Origin: an uncultured SAR86 cluster bacterium | GTDB taxonomy: Bacteria; Pseudomonadota; Gammaproteobacteria; Magnimaribacterales; D2472 | NCBI GenBank assembly: GCA_902557575.1 | Contig: CACEAR010000001.1 | Coordinates: 470,674-534,673, forward strand | Length of the DNA stretch: 64,000 nucleotides | Direction of reading: 5' to 3' | Part shown: in pieces, positions 1 through 8,833 of the stretch | How positions within the stretch are numbered: position 1 is the first letter of the stretch | Layout of the letters: the number at the start of each line of letters is the position of its first letter | Notes under the pieces: generated by a model | Seen by the model: only the letters and a program-made list of their open reading frames with translations | The model's database searches: none | Told to the model about the DNA's origin: nothing | Translations under genes and position numbers: made by a program

Positions 1-1
1 G

Positions 2-766
2 GAGGGAGATAAGAAAGCATCCGATGCTTTGTTTGCAGGTGATTTATTTTCAAATGTAGAGGAGGATTTTAATCCTTATGATCAATACAAAGATGTAAAT
101 CCTCTGAATTTTTCTCAAAAACTGAAATATGAAAAAGAAGCTCTTGGTTTTTATATTTCTGGACATCCTGTAGAAGCAATTAAAGATGATATTAAAGATT
201 TAAGATCCCATAAGATATCCAATCTTGATGCAAATACTTCATCTGCAACAATTGTAGGCCTTGTTAACTCAACAAGACAGATAAAAGACTCGAAGAATAA
301 ACCAATTACTTTTGTAAATTTTGATGATGAAAGTGGATCTATGGATGGAATAATTCTTTCTGAGTTATATGAAGAGAAATACGGAATCATCAAGGAAGGA
401 ACAATATTAAGATTTTATGGATCAGTTGAGGTAGATGATTACAGATCTAGAGAGACTAACTCAACAATGTATAGAATGAGAGTAAAGAATATAAATGCAG
501 TTGAAAGCGATTTAGTTGATAGCAAAAAAGATCTTTTAATAATTTGTGATACTGTCAACGGCGACTCTCTCCAAGAAATTAAATTAAAGCTTAATAAGAT
601 TGATTCAGATTTTTGGGGCGGCGAAAGTAAAGTAAAGTTAAAAATACTTAAAGACAGCACAGAAGCGCTTATTTCTTTAAATGACAACTTTATGATTGAT
701 CTAAATTCAGAAAATTTGGATAATTTAAGAAGTATCTTTGGAGATAACAAGATTAAATTGAGTTAA
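2..766 (+). CDS. dnaE: DNA polymerase III alpha subunit, C-terminal part (5' partial; frame is open from the window edge)
   Basis: EKEALGFYISGHP motif, OB-fold segment (IVGLV...FVNFDDESG), lies directly upstream of accA as in the canonical dnaE-accA-tilS order. Confidence 0.95.
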   Translation, partial: EGDKKASDALFAGDLFSNVEEDFNPYDQYKDVNPLNFSQKLKYEKEALGFYISGHPVEAIKDDIKDLRSHKISNLDANTSSATIVGLVNSTRQIKDSKNKPITFVNFDDESGSMDGIILSELYEEKYGIIKEGTILRFYGSVEVDDYRSRETNSTMYRMRVKNINAVESDLVDSKKDLLIICDTVNGDSLQEIKLKLNKIDSDFWGGESKVKLKILKDSTEALISLNDNFMIDLNSENLDNLRSIFGDNKIKLS

Positions 767-768
767 TT

Positions 769-1716
769 ATGATTAAGCGTCACTTTTTGGAATTTGAAAA
801 GCCACTGGAAGAAATTGCTGACAAGATTGATGCGCTCGAGATTGTTTCAAAAGATAATCCCGAATTAAGATCCCAGATAGACAAGCTTCAATCAGAATTT
901 GAAGAAAGAACTAAAAAGATATACTCAAATCTTAACCGATGGAACAAAGTATTAATTTCAAGACATCCGCAAAGACCTCATACTTCAGACTATATTGAGA
1001 ATATTTTTTCTAATTTTGATGAGCTTCATGGAGATAGGCAGTTTGGTGATGACCCGTCAATAATTGGAGGCCTTGCAAAAATCGATGACATTCCAGTAAT
1101 GATTATTGGTCATGAAAAGGGAAAGGGCACAGATGAGAAGGTCAAAAGGAATTTTGGAATGCCTCAACCAGAAGGATATCGTAAAGCAAAAAGATTAATG
1201 AAAATGGCCGAACAGTTTGAGCTACCTATCATAACTTTTGTAGATACATCTGGAGCTTATCCAGGAATAGAGGGAGAGGAAAGAGGTCAAAGTGAAGCAA
1301 TTGCTTCAAATCTAGCTCTAATGTCTCAACTCAAGACTAGAATCATTATTGTTGTAACTGGTGAAGGTGGATCAGGTGGGGCTTTGGCTTTAGGAGTAGG
1401 CGATCATGTGACCATGCTTGAGCATGCAATTTATTCTGTGGCCTCTCCAGAGGCCTGCGCTTCAATTGTGTGGAGATCTTCTGAGAAAGCAGAAGAAGCT
1501 GCAGAAGCAATGAAATTAACTGCAAAAGATTTGATTAAGCTCAATATTATTGATGAAATTATTGAAGAGCCAACAGGCGGCGCACATAGAAATTACAAAA
1601 CTATCTCTCAAAATGTTAGGCAGTCATTATTATCAAATATTGAAAATCTTAATAAGATTCCTCTTGAGAGACTTTTAGAAAGACGTTACTTAAGGCTCAC
1701 GGAAGTAGGAAAATAG
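769..1716 (+). CDS. accA: Acetyl-CoA carboxylase carboxyltransferase alpha subunit
   Basis: FLEFEKPL, RHPQRP, ELHGDR, NFGMPQPEGYRKA, GEGGSGGALA motifs. Confidence 0.98.
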   Translation: MIKRHFLEFEKPLEEIADKIDALEIVSKDNPELRSQIDKLQSEFEERTKKIYSNLNRWNKVLISRHPQRPHTSDYIENIFSNFDELHGDRQFGDDPSIIGGLAKIDDIPVMIIGHEKGKGTDEKVKRNFGMPQPEGYRKAKRLMKMAEQFELPIITFVDTSGAYPGIEGEERGQSEAIASNLALMSQLKTRIIIVVTGEGGSGGALALGVGDHVTMLEHAIYSVASPEACASIVWRSSEKAEEAAEAMKLTAKDLIKLNIIDEIIEEPTGGAHRNYKTISQNVRQSLLSNIENLNKIPLERLLERRYLRLTEVGK

Positions 1717-1717
1717 C

Positions 1718-2680
1718 TTGTCACTTTCTACAAACCTCTTAGATACATTGTCTCCAAAAAATAAAATTTTTGTAGCTTTTAGTGGAGGACTGGACTCAAC
1801 AGCACTTTTATTTTTATGTAACAAAGCCTTAAAACAAAAAAAAATAAATAATTTAAAAGCTATTCATATAAATCATAATCTTTCAAAAAATAGTGACAAC
1901 TGGCAGCGGCATTGTGAGAGTTTTTGCAGGAGTAATAATATTGAATTTGATTCTTTCATGGTAGAAGTATCAAAAAATAGATCCAGCATTGAGTCGCAGG
2001 CAAGGCAGGCAAGATATAAAATTTTTGAAAGCCTGTTAGATAAAAATGATCAGATTTTATTAGCTCATCATAGAGATGATGTTTTTGAAACTATTCTTCT
2101 TAGGCTATTCAGAGGAACGGGAGTTGATGGTCTCAGTGGTTTAAATGAAAAAAGATCACTAGGTAAAGGAGAAATAATAAGACCATTTTTAAACTTATCT
2201 AAATCTGATTTGGAAATTTTCGTTCATAAAAATGATTTGCCATTCGTAGAAGATGATACAAATTTAAATAATGATTTTGATAGAAATTTTTTGAGAAATG
2301 AGATCATACCATCCCTTGAAAAAAGATGGAGCAAACTTCCTGAAAGGGCTGCACTTACTTCATTAACAGCAAAAAAGAAAAAACTTTCATTAGATTTCAT
2401 GCTTGAAAAGAACTTTAAAAAAGAAATTTCTACAGGCATCATTGAAAGAGCAAAATTTATTGAGACACCTTCCTTCTTAATAGAAGAGTTAATAAGATTA
2501 ATTTTAAGAAAGAAGGGTATTGCACTACCTAGTCAGAAAGTTCTGTCTGAAATTATGAATGTATTTTTTCATAAGAAACCTTCAAATGAATCATATGTTG
2601 AGTGGTCAAGGAAAGATGGCGAGCAAATTGGAGGAAAAGTCTTCTCAGAGCATAATGATATAATTTTGAAAAAAAAATAA
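1718..2680 (+). CDS. tilS: tRNA(Ile)-lysidine synthetase, short form (320 aa)
   Basis: PP-loop AFSGGLDS, HINH, ARQARY, AHHRDD, RPFL, DDTN...RNFLR; synteny after accA; TTG start. Confidence 0.95.
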   Translation: MSLSTNLLDTLSPKNKIFVAFSGGLDSTALLFLCNKALKQKKINNLKAIHINHNLSKNSDNWQRHCESFCRSNNIEFDSFMVEVSKNRSSIESQARQARYKIFESLLDKNDQILLAHHRDDVFETILLRLFRGTGVDGLSGLNEKRSLGKGEIIRPFLNLSKSDLEIFVHKNDLPFVEDDTNLNNDFDRNFLRNEIIPSLEKRWSKLPERAALTSLTAKKKKLSLDFMLEKNFKKEISTGIIERAKFIETPSFLIEELIRLILRKKGIALPSQKVLSEIMNVFFHKKPSNESYVEWSRKDGEQIGGKVFSEHNDIILKKK

Positions 2681-2682
2681 CC

Positions 2683-2688
2683 TATAAT
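2683..2688 (+). promoter_or_regulatory. Candidate sigma70 -10 box (TATAAT) 6 nt before the ATG of the crotonase gene
   Basis: Perfect TATAAT at 2683-2688, ATG at 2695, no Shine-Dalgarno in between. Confidence 0.5.
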
Positions 2689-2694
2689 TTAATT

Positions 2695-3477
2695 ATGAAT
2701 ACTGAAACACTTCAAATAAATATTGAATCACCCATAGCAACAGTCACATTAAATAGACCTAATGTTTTAAATGCATTTAATGAGCAGTTAGTTCTAGACC
2801 TCCAACAAGCATTTAAAAGTTTGACTGAAGATGAATCAGTGAGGGTAATTATTCTCACCGGCTCAGGGAAAGGGTTTTCAGCAGGAGCTGACCTAACTGA
2901 AAGAGAAGCAAGTTGGGATCCTGACTGTCCATCAAAAGACGCTCTTCTTCGTGGTTATATGCCTATTTTTAATAATATTGTTGAAATGCCAAAAATTGTA
3001 ATAGCTGCAATTAATGGTCCAGCAGCTGGTATTGGAGCAGCATTGGCGATGGCCTGCGATCTAAGAGTTATGACAAAATCATCATATATTCTTTCAGTTT
3101 TTAGCAATATAGCGCTTGTTCCTGATGGCGGATTAAATTGGCTTTTAACAAGATTCTTAGGATATGCAAAGGCACTTGAATTTGCTATTGAAGCAAAAAA
3201 AATAGATTCACAAATGTGTTTAGATTTTGGTATTGCTAATAAAGTTGTTGAAGATAATAAGCTTCTTGAGGAGACATACTCCTGGGCAAATTCATTAGCG
3301 AAAAGATCACCTCAAGCGCTTTCAAACACCAAAAGATTAATGAGAGACTCTTTGAGTAAATCTTATTTTGAGACTTTTAAACAGGAAGCAGAAATTCAAA
3401 ATGATATTTTTGGGTCCTCTGAACACAGAGAAGCTGTCCAAGCGTTTTTTGAAAAGAGGCAACCTAAATTTGATTAG
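2695..3477 (+). CDS. Enoyl-CoA hydratase/isomerase (crotonase family), PaaG-like
   Basis: LNRPNVLNAF, FSAGADL, AAINGPAAGIG, IALVPDGG, AFFEKRQPKF. Confidence 0.9.
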   Translation: MNTETLQINIESPIATVTLNRPNVLNAFNEQLVLDLQQAFKSLTEDESVRVIILTGSGKGFSAGADLTEREASWDPDCPSKDALLRGYMPIFNNIVEMPKIVIAAINGPAAGIGAALAMACDLRVMTKSSYILSVFSNIALVPDGGLNWLLTRFLGYAKALEFAIEAKKIDSQMCLDFGIANKVVEDNKLLEETYSWANSLAKRSPQALSNTKRLMRDSLSKSYFETFKQEAEIQNDIFGSSEHREAVQAFFEKRQPKFD

Positions 3478-5135
3478 ATTAGTTTAGCTACTCCAACAAT
3501 AATGGCTTCAAATGAAGCTTTTGTAGTATTAGGATTTATACCAACACCCCAACTTGTTTTGTCACCTTTTTGGAGTTCAATATAAGCAGCAGCTTGAGCG
3601 TCAGAGCCAGATGAAATTGCACTCTGATGATAATCAGATACTTTTATATCAATTGATAGTTTTTGATTCAGTGCATTTACAAATGCGTCAATTGGACCAT
3701 TACCTGAACCAGATATTTCATGGTTTTTACCATCAATTTCAATCTCAGCTTTAATATGATCACTTAAATCAGTTGCATCTGAAGTTTTTAAGGAATAGTT
3801 TTTAAAACTATGCCCAGATTTTGGCATTACAAAGTTTGTATGAAAAATTTCCCAAATCTCTGATGTTGAAATTTCTTTACCAGTCTCATCAGCAATTTTT
3901 TGTATCTTCTGACTCATGCTTATTTGAAGCCTTCTAGGGAGAGACACGCCGTGATCTTTTTCCAATAGAAAAGCAACGCCTCCTTTCCCAGATTGTGAAT
4001 TAATTCTTACAACGGCTTCATAAGTTCTCCCCAGGTCTGCAGGATCAATTGGTAAATAAGGCACTTCCCATTGCGGGTCATTCGAGCTTCTCAATGCATT
4101 TAAACCTTTTTTGATGGCATCTTGATGCGATCCCGAGAAAGCAGTAAAGACCAAATCTCCGGCATAGGGATGTCTGGGATGGACAGGTAGCTGATTACAG
4201 TATTCAACTTCTCTCATAACATTATTAATTTGTGAAAAATCTAAATTAGGATTTATACCTTGGCTATACATATTTAGAGCTAAGGTTACGATATCTACAT
4301 TTCCTGTTCTTTCACCATTACCAAATAACGTTCCCTCAACCCTATCTGCACCTGCCATTAAGCCAAACTCAGAAGCAGCTATTGCTGTACCCCTATCATT
4401 ATGCGGATGAAGTGAAAGACATATATTTTCCCTATTTTTAAAGTTCTCACTCATCCATTCTATTTGATCTCCATATATATTTGCCGTTGACATCTCAACT
4501 GTTGCTGGAAGATTAATAATAATTTTATTATTTGAAGAATCTTTTAATATATCAACAACGTCATCGCAAACCTCTACTGCATAATCTAGCTCAGTTCCAG
4601 TGAAACTTTCAGGAGAGTATTCATATGACCAATTAGTGTTTTTATATTCACTTGATAACTCTTTGATTAATTTTGCAGCATCCGTTGCAATTTTTTTAAC
4701 CCCTTCTTTATCTTTATCAAAAACAACTCTTCTTTGAAGAGTTGAAGTCGAATTATAAAAATGAAGAATTGCATTAGGAGCTCCATCAAGAGCTTCGAAA
4801 GTTCTCTTAATAATTTCGGGTCTAGCTTGCGTAAGAACCTGAATAGTTACATCAGAGGGGATAACTTTTTCATTAATTAAATATCTTGTGAAATCAAAAT
4901 CAGTTTGTGATGCAGCCGGAAATCCAATCTCAATCTGTTTAAAACCAATTTTGCACAATAGATTAAACATTCTTTTTTTTCTTTCATCTCCCATTGGCTC
5001 AATAAGAGCTTGGTTTCCATCTCGCAGGTCTACAGAACACCAAATAGGAGCATTTTCTATAACTTTTGAAGGCCATGACCTGTTTTCCTTACTTACAGGC
5101 TTATATGGCTTATATTTTTTATTTGTTTTATCCAT
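3474..5135 (-). CDS. leuA: 2-isopropylmalate synthase (yeast/actinobacterial type)
   Basis: WCSVDLRDGNQAL, EIGFPAASQTDF, NLPATVEM, HPHNDRG, GNGERTGNVD, AFSGSHQDAIKKG. Confidence 0.97.
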   Translation of the reverse strand: MDKTNKKYKPYKPVSKENRSWPSKVIENAPIWCSVDLRDGNQALIEPMGDERKKRMFNLLCKIGFKQIEIGFPAASQTDFDFTRYLINEKVIPSDVTIQVLTQARPEIIKRTFEALDGAPNAILHFYNSTSTLQRRVVFDKDKEGVKKIATDAAKLIKELSSEYKNTNWSYEYSPESFTGTELDYAVEVCDDVVDILKDSSNNKIIINLPATVEMSTANIYGDQIEWMSENFKNRENICLSLHPHNDRGTAIAASEFGLMAGADRVEGTLFGNGERTGNVDIVTLALNMYSQGINPNLDFSQINNVMREVEYCNQLPVHPRHPYAGDLVFTAFSGSHQDAIKKGLNALRSSNDPQWEVPYLPIDPADLGRTYEAVVRINSQSGKGGVAFLLEKDHGVSLPRRLQISMSQKIQKIADETGKEISTSEIWEIFHTNFVMPKSGHSFKNYSLKTSDATDLSDHIKAEIEIDGKNHEISGSGNGPIDAFVNALNQKLSIDIKVSDYHQSAISSGSDAQAAAYIELQKGDKTSWGVGINPNTTKASFEAIIVGVAKLI

Positions 5136-5148
5136 TTAATTCTTCAAA

Positions 5149-5158
5149 ATGTTAACAT
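5149..5158. promoter_or_regulatory. Palindromic ATGTTAACAT: extended -10 (TGn-TAACAT) on both strands between divergent leuA and holD-like gene
   Basis: Perfect 10-bp palindrome inside a 29-bp intergenic gap. Confidence 0.5.
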
Positions 5159-5164
5159 CAAAAA

Positions 5165-5587
5165 ATGTTTGATACTAAGTCATCCTTTATTTTATCTAAA
5201 TTAGGCATCCAGAGGTTTCAATCTCAAATAAATAACTCAAATTCAGAAGTAATATTTGGCGTACTTTGGGGCGATATTCTAACACTCTTGGACAAATCAT
5301 TTAATGAATTAGAAGAAAATGAATTAAAGTTATTAATTAAAATAATAAAGTCTATTGTCGAAGATGGTAGCGAATATCCTTTTTCTAAAGAAATAAATAA
5401 TCTTAGTGAAATAAAAAAGAAACCAAAACTTATAATCTCCTTTACAGGCTTGAAGCCCAATCTGATAAAAGAATTTTCCCCACTGATTGAATCTAAACCT
5501 CTTTCTGTGCTTGAAAATAGTCTAGAGGATAAGAAAACATTATGGTCAAAGATTAAGGAACATAAAGATGGATCTTCAGCTGGCTAG
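5165..5587 (+). CDS. holD: Putative DNA polymerase III psi subunit (HolD-like)
   Basis: N-terminal ILSKLGIQRF and C-terminal KKTLWSKI resemble psi motifs (LQQLGITQW; ALWQQI); ~140 aa; immediately upstream of rimI as in holD-rimI. Confidence 0.6.
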   Translation: MFDTKSSFILSKLGIQRFQSQINNSNSEVIFGVLWGDILTLLDKSFNELEENELKLLIKIIKSIVEDGSEYPFSKEINNLSEIKKKPKLIISFTGLKPNLIKEFSPLIESKPLSVLENSLEDKKTLWSKIKEHKDGSSAG

Positions 5588-6005
5588 CTTTGGTGATTTA
5601 GACCAAATCTCAACCATTGAAAAGGAAACGAATGAATATCCTTGGACCCCAAATAACTTCAAGTCTTCATTGGACGCAGGAAATTGTTCTATAGTTTTGA
5701 AGGATAATAAAAATATTCTTGGGTATGCTTTTTTTTCAGTTATTGGAACTGACTCACATTTATTAAACATTACCGTCTCAAAGAATTATCAAGGAAAAGG
5801 TTATGGAAAAAAGATTCTTCAGAAGGTTCTTTTCCAATCAAAAGTCTTAGGAGCTTCTATTGTTTTTCTTGAGGTGCGAGTTAGCAATCACAAAGCAATA
5901 AATTTTTACGAAAAATTTGGGTTTAAGAGAGATGCTATAAGGTATAACTATTATGATGGCAATCCTAAGGAAGACGCATTATTGATGTCTAAGCAAGGAC
6001 TATAA
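5568..6005 (+). CDS. rimI: Ribosomal protein S18 alanine N-acetyltransferase
   Basis: YPW, HLLNITV...QGKGYG, FLEVRVSN..AINFYEKFGF, RYNYY...EDALLM. Confidence 0.93.
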   Translation: MDLQLASFGDLDQISTIEKETNEYPWTPNNFKSSLDAGNCSIVLKDNKNILGYAFFSVIGTDSHLLNITVSKNYQGKGYGKKILQKVLFQSKVLGASIVFLEVRVSNHKAINFYEKFGFKRDAIRYNYYDGNPKEDALLMSKQGL

Positions 6006-6479
6006 GATCTTCTCAATTTCCTCTCTAATATACTTTGGCTCAACTCTTGGACTAAATCTCTCAACAATTTTTCCATTGTTGTTGATAAGAAATTTTGTAA
6101 AGTTCCACTTTATAGATTGAGTCCTAAAAATACCAGGTTTATCACTTTTAAGTAGTTTGAATAAAGGATGAGCTTCGGGGCCATTAACCTTAATTTTAGA
6201 AAAAATTGGGAAAGTTACCGAGTAGTTAAGATCACAGAATTCACCAATTTCTTGATCAGTTCCTGGCTCTTGTCCACCAAATTGATTGCATGGGAAACCA
6301 AGGACAACAAAATTTCTATCCTTATAGGCATCATATAGTTTTTGTAGACCTTCATATTGCGGAGTAAGACCGCATTTACTTGCTACATTAACAATTAAAA
6401 GTGTTTTACCAGCAAACTCAGACAAACTAATATCGATATTAGCTGAGTCCTTTACATCAATATTGTATATATCAACCAT
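6000..6479 (-). CDS. Glutathione peroxidase family (Cys type)
   Basis: NVASKCGLTPQY, LGFPCNQFGGQEPG, IKWNFTKFL. Confidence 0.95.
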   Translation of the reverse strand: MVDIYNIDVKDSANIDISLSEFAGKTLLIVNVASKCGLTPQYEGLQKLYDAYKDRNFVVLGFPCNQFGGQEPGTDQEIGEFCDLNYSVTFPIFSKIKVNGPEAHPLFKLLKSDKPGIFRTQSIKWNFTKFLINNNGKIVERFSPRVEPKYIREEIEKIL

Positions 6480-6561
6480 GGATCTTTAGATGCACTTATT
6501 GCAAAGTTAATTTGTAGAAATATCTCCCTTAGCGCTATTATACAGCATTAATTTTTGTATT

Positions 6562-7023
6562 ATGACTAATAAAACTCGATTCATTTGGCATAATTTTGAT
6601 TCAATTTCAAAGGAACAGCTTTACGATGTTTTAAGTCTCAGACAAAGAGTTTTTATAATTGAACAAGATTGTTTCTATGAGGATTTAGATTATTCTGATC
6701 AGAAAGCAAATCATCTTCTTCTTTACAAAGATAATAAGCTAATTGGATATTCAAGGGTTTTTGCACCGGGCATTAAATATGATGCTGCCTCAATAGGAAG
6801 AATAGTTACAGATTTAGGATTCAGAGGAAAAGGTTATGGAAAGGATATTACCCAAGAATCTATCCAATTTCTAAAAAATAATTTCCCTGGATCAGATATT
6901 AGTATATCTGCGCAATATAGACTGGTTGATTTTTATGAAGATCTTGGCTTTGAAAGAGAGGGCAGCGTCTACTTAGAAGATGATATTGACCATATTAAGA
7001 TGACCCTAAAGGCAAATAAATAA
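6562..7023 (+). CDS. elaA: ElaA-family GNAT acetyltransferase
   Basis: LYDVLSLRQRVFIIEQDC, IGRIVT...RGKGYG, ISAQYRLVDFY, YLEDDIDHIKM. Confidence 0.88.
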   Translation: MTNKTRFIWHNFDSISKEQLYDVLSLRQRVFIIEQDCFYEDLDYSDQKANHLLLYKDNKLIGYSRVFAPGIKYDAASIGRIVTDLGFRGKGYGKDITQESIQFLKNNFPGSDISISAQYRLVDFYEDLGFEREGSVYLEDDIDHIKMTLKANK

Positions 7024-7066
7024 AAATTAAAAGCTTCTATAAAACAACACTAATAATATGAGATAA

Positions 7067-8830
7067 TTGTCAAAAAATATTATGTTCAAAATTAAATATC
7101 TCACTCTGTTTTCTATTACTTTGCTACTGATAGGCTGTAGCGGAAGTGACGGTGAGAGTGTTTCTACTCTTGAGGCCACAGTTACTTCTTCTAATGATGC
7201 TCCTTTATATGATGAAACATACACAATTAGCTGGGAATCAAATGCGAGCCAGTGCTATGCAACTTCCACAACAGGATCATGGCTCGGTGAGCTAGCCCCC
7301 TCTGGAAGTCAGGATTTTGTTGCTAAGAGGGGAGGTACAGCAAACTATGGAGTGCAGTGTAGAAAAAGTATAAATTTTGTAAATGCTTCAACGGATGTAG
7401 TTGTTAACAAGGATTTTATTGATTATTTTGATTTTGATGATGTGCAAACTTATGATCTTGGTTCTTTAAATATTAGTCTTGATAATGATTTAGATGTTCT
7501 AGATACAACTATAAGTGACTTTAATGGAGATTTTCTTCTCGATATTGTTTTGTTATTAGAAGATTCTGGTACACAGGACATAGGTGACTCAACTTATTTT
7601 ATTTTAGCTTTCTATGGTCGAGACCTATCAACAATTAATGATGAAGATCCTTTTGTAATTCAGGAAATTAATCAAGGAAATTGTGTTGGAGATAAATTAA
7701 TAAGAGCCGATTATAACGTAGATGGAGCACTTGATATTATGACAGTTTCTAGATCTGCGGATGAGTCATTAAATAAAAGAGGGATTTGTATCTTTCTTGC
7801 ATCTGAAGATGGATTAGTCCTTCAAGATGAAGATTATATTTCCAATGAAACGGTTCTTGATTTTTCTAATGTAGAAATTGGGTCTACTGTTGCCTATGAT
7901 TTAACTTCTAATCTTAGACCAGATATTTTACTTTTAGGAAATGGTGGAACTACAGATTTACCATTTTATATATCACCTTCAGAGGAGGGACCTTCTATTG
8001 CTCTCTCAAACCCTCTGAACACTCTTAATCCTTATACAAGAAATCAAGGTTGTGCAGAAGGAATAACCTTTTTATGTGACTGGGCTTCAAAAGAATATTA
8101 TTTTGAGGATTCAGTGGTAATTAATGCAGATGGTGATGGAATCTTGGATTCAATTCATTCAATCAATACTATTGATGGCCCGACTTATATTCTATACAAC
8201 ACTAGATTTGAGAATGTTTATTTTGACTGGTCTTTACCAGTAGAGGACTATATTTCAACATCTATTTCTTCTGGTGATGGAATTGCTTTAAGAATGGCAC
8301 CGGCTGATGGAAACTTAGATGGACGAACTGATTTATTAGCATTTGAAAAAAGTTTATCTAGCGATACTTTTAAAATAAGCATTTATGAAAAGGTGGTTTC
8401 AGAAGAAGATTCTATTGATGAAATTTCTAGGACTAATAATGGGGACTTTGCTGATGAATATTCATTTCAAAATAGTTTAAAGTTTTCAAGCGAACTCTTG
8501 GTTTTTGATCTTGATAGAAATGGATTTTCAGATATATTTATTCCTTATACAGAGCTCCCATACAAGCAGGGAAATGTAGATAGTGATAAGCACTTCTTAG
8601 CTTTCGAAAAGAGCTATACAGTTAATGAAGATGAAACTACTTCCCAAGATTGGATTGTTCAAGACTTTTCAGACTTAATTGGCTTAGATGCTAATAGCGT
8701 ATTCAACTCGTGGATTGACTTTGATGGAGACAATGACTTGGATGTAATATTGATGATCCCTGAAGTATCAAATGATGGCTTATCAATAAATTATAATTTT
8801 AAAATATTTCTTAATAACTCTCTTTTCTAA
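7067..8830 (+). CDS. Acidic lipoprotein with N-terminal Ig-like segment and ~7 FG-GAP/VCBS-like repeats (start may be ATG 7082)
   Basis: Lipobox LLIG-C; repeats DFNGDFLLD, DYNVDGALD, DLTSNLRPD, NADGDGILD, DGNLDGRTD, DLDRNGFSD, DFDGDNDLD. Confidence 0.75.
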   Translation: MSKNIMFKIKYLTLFSITLLLIGCSGSDGESVSTLEATVTSSNDAPLYDETYTISWESNASQCYATSTTGSWLGELAPSGSQDFVAKRGGTANYGVQCRKSINFVNASTDVVVNKDFIDYFDFDDVQTYDLGSLNISLDNDLDVLDTTISDFNGDFLLDIVLLLEDSGTQDIGDSTYFILAFYGRDLSTINDEDPFVIQEINQGNCVGDKLIRADYNVDGALDIMTVSRSADESLNKRGICIFLASEDGLVLQDEDYISNETVLDFSNVEIGSTVAYDLTSNLRPDILLLGNGGTTDLPFYISPSEEGPSIALSNPLNTLNPYTRNQGCAEGITFLCDWASKEYYFEDSVVINADGDGILDSIHSINTIDGPTYILYNTRFENVYFDWSLPVEDYISTSISSGDGIALRMAPADGNLDGRTDLLAFEKSLSSDTFKISIYEKVVSEEDSIDEISRTNNGDFADEYSFQNSLKFSSELLVFDLDRNGFSDIFIPYTELPYKQGNVDSDKHFLAFEKSYTVNEDETTSQDWIVQDFSDLIGLDANSVFNSWIDFDGDNDLDVILMIPEVSNDGLSINYNFKIFLNNSLF

Positions 8831-8833
8831 TTT

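Noticed and set aside
2669-2680. Poly-A run at the tilS 3' end as a frameshift that truncates the gene
   Set aside because: Only 14 bp remain before the next gene, so no out-of-frame C-terminal domain exists
5136-5164. Leucine attenuator upstream of leuA
   Set aside because: Only 29 bp to the divergent gene, with no leader peptide or terminator
6000-6479. Selenocysteine glutathione peroxidase
   Set aside because: The active site is encoded as Cys (SKCG), with no in-frame TGA
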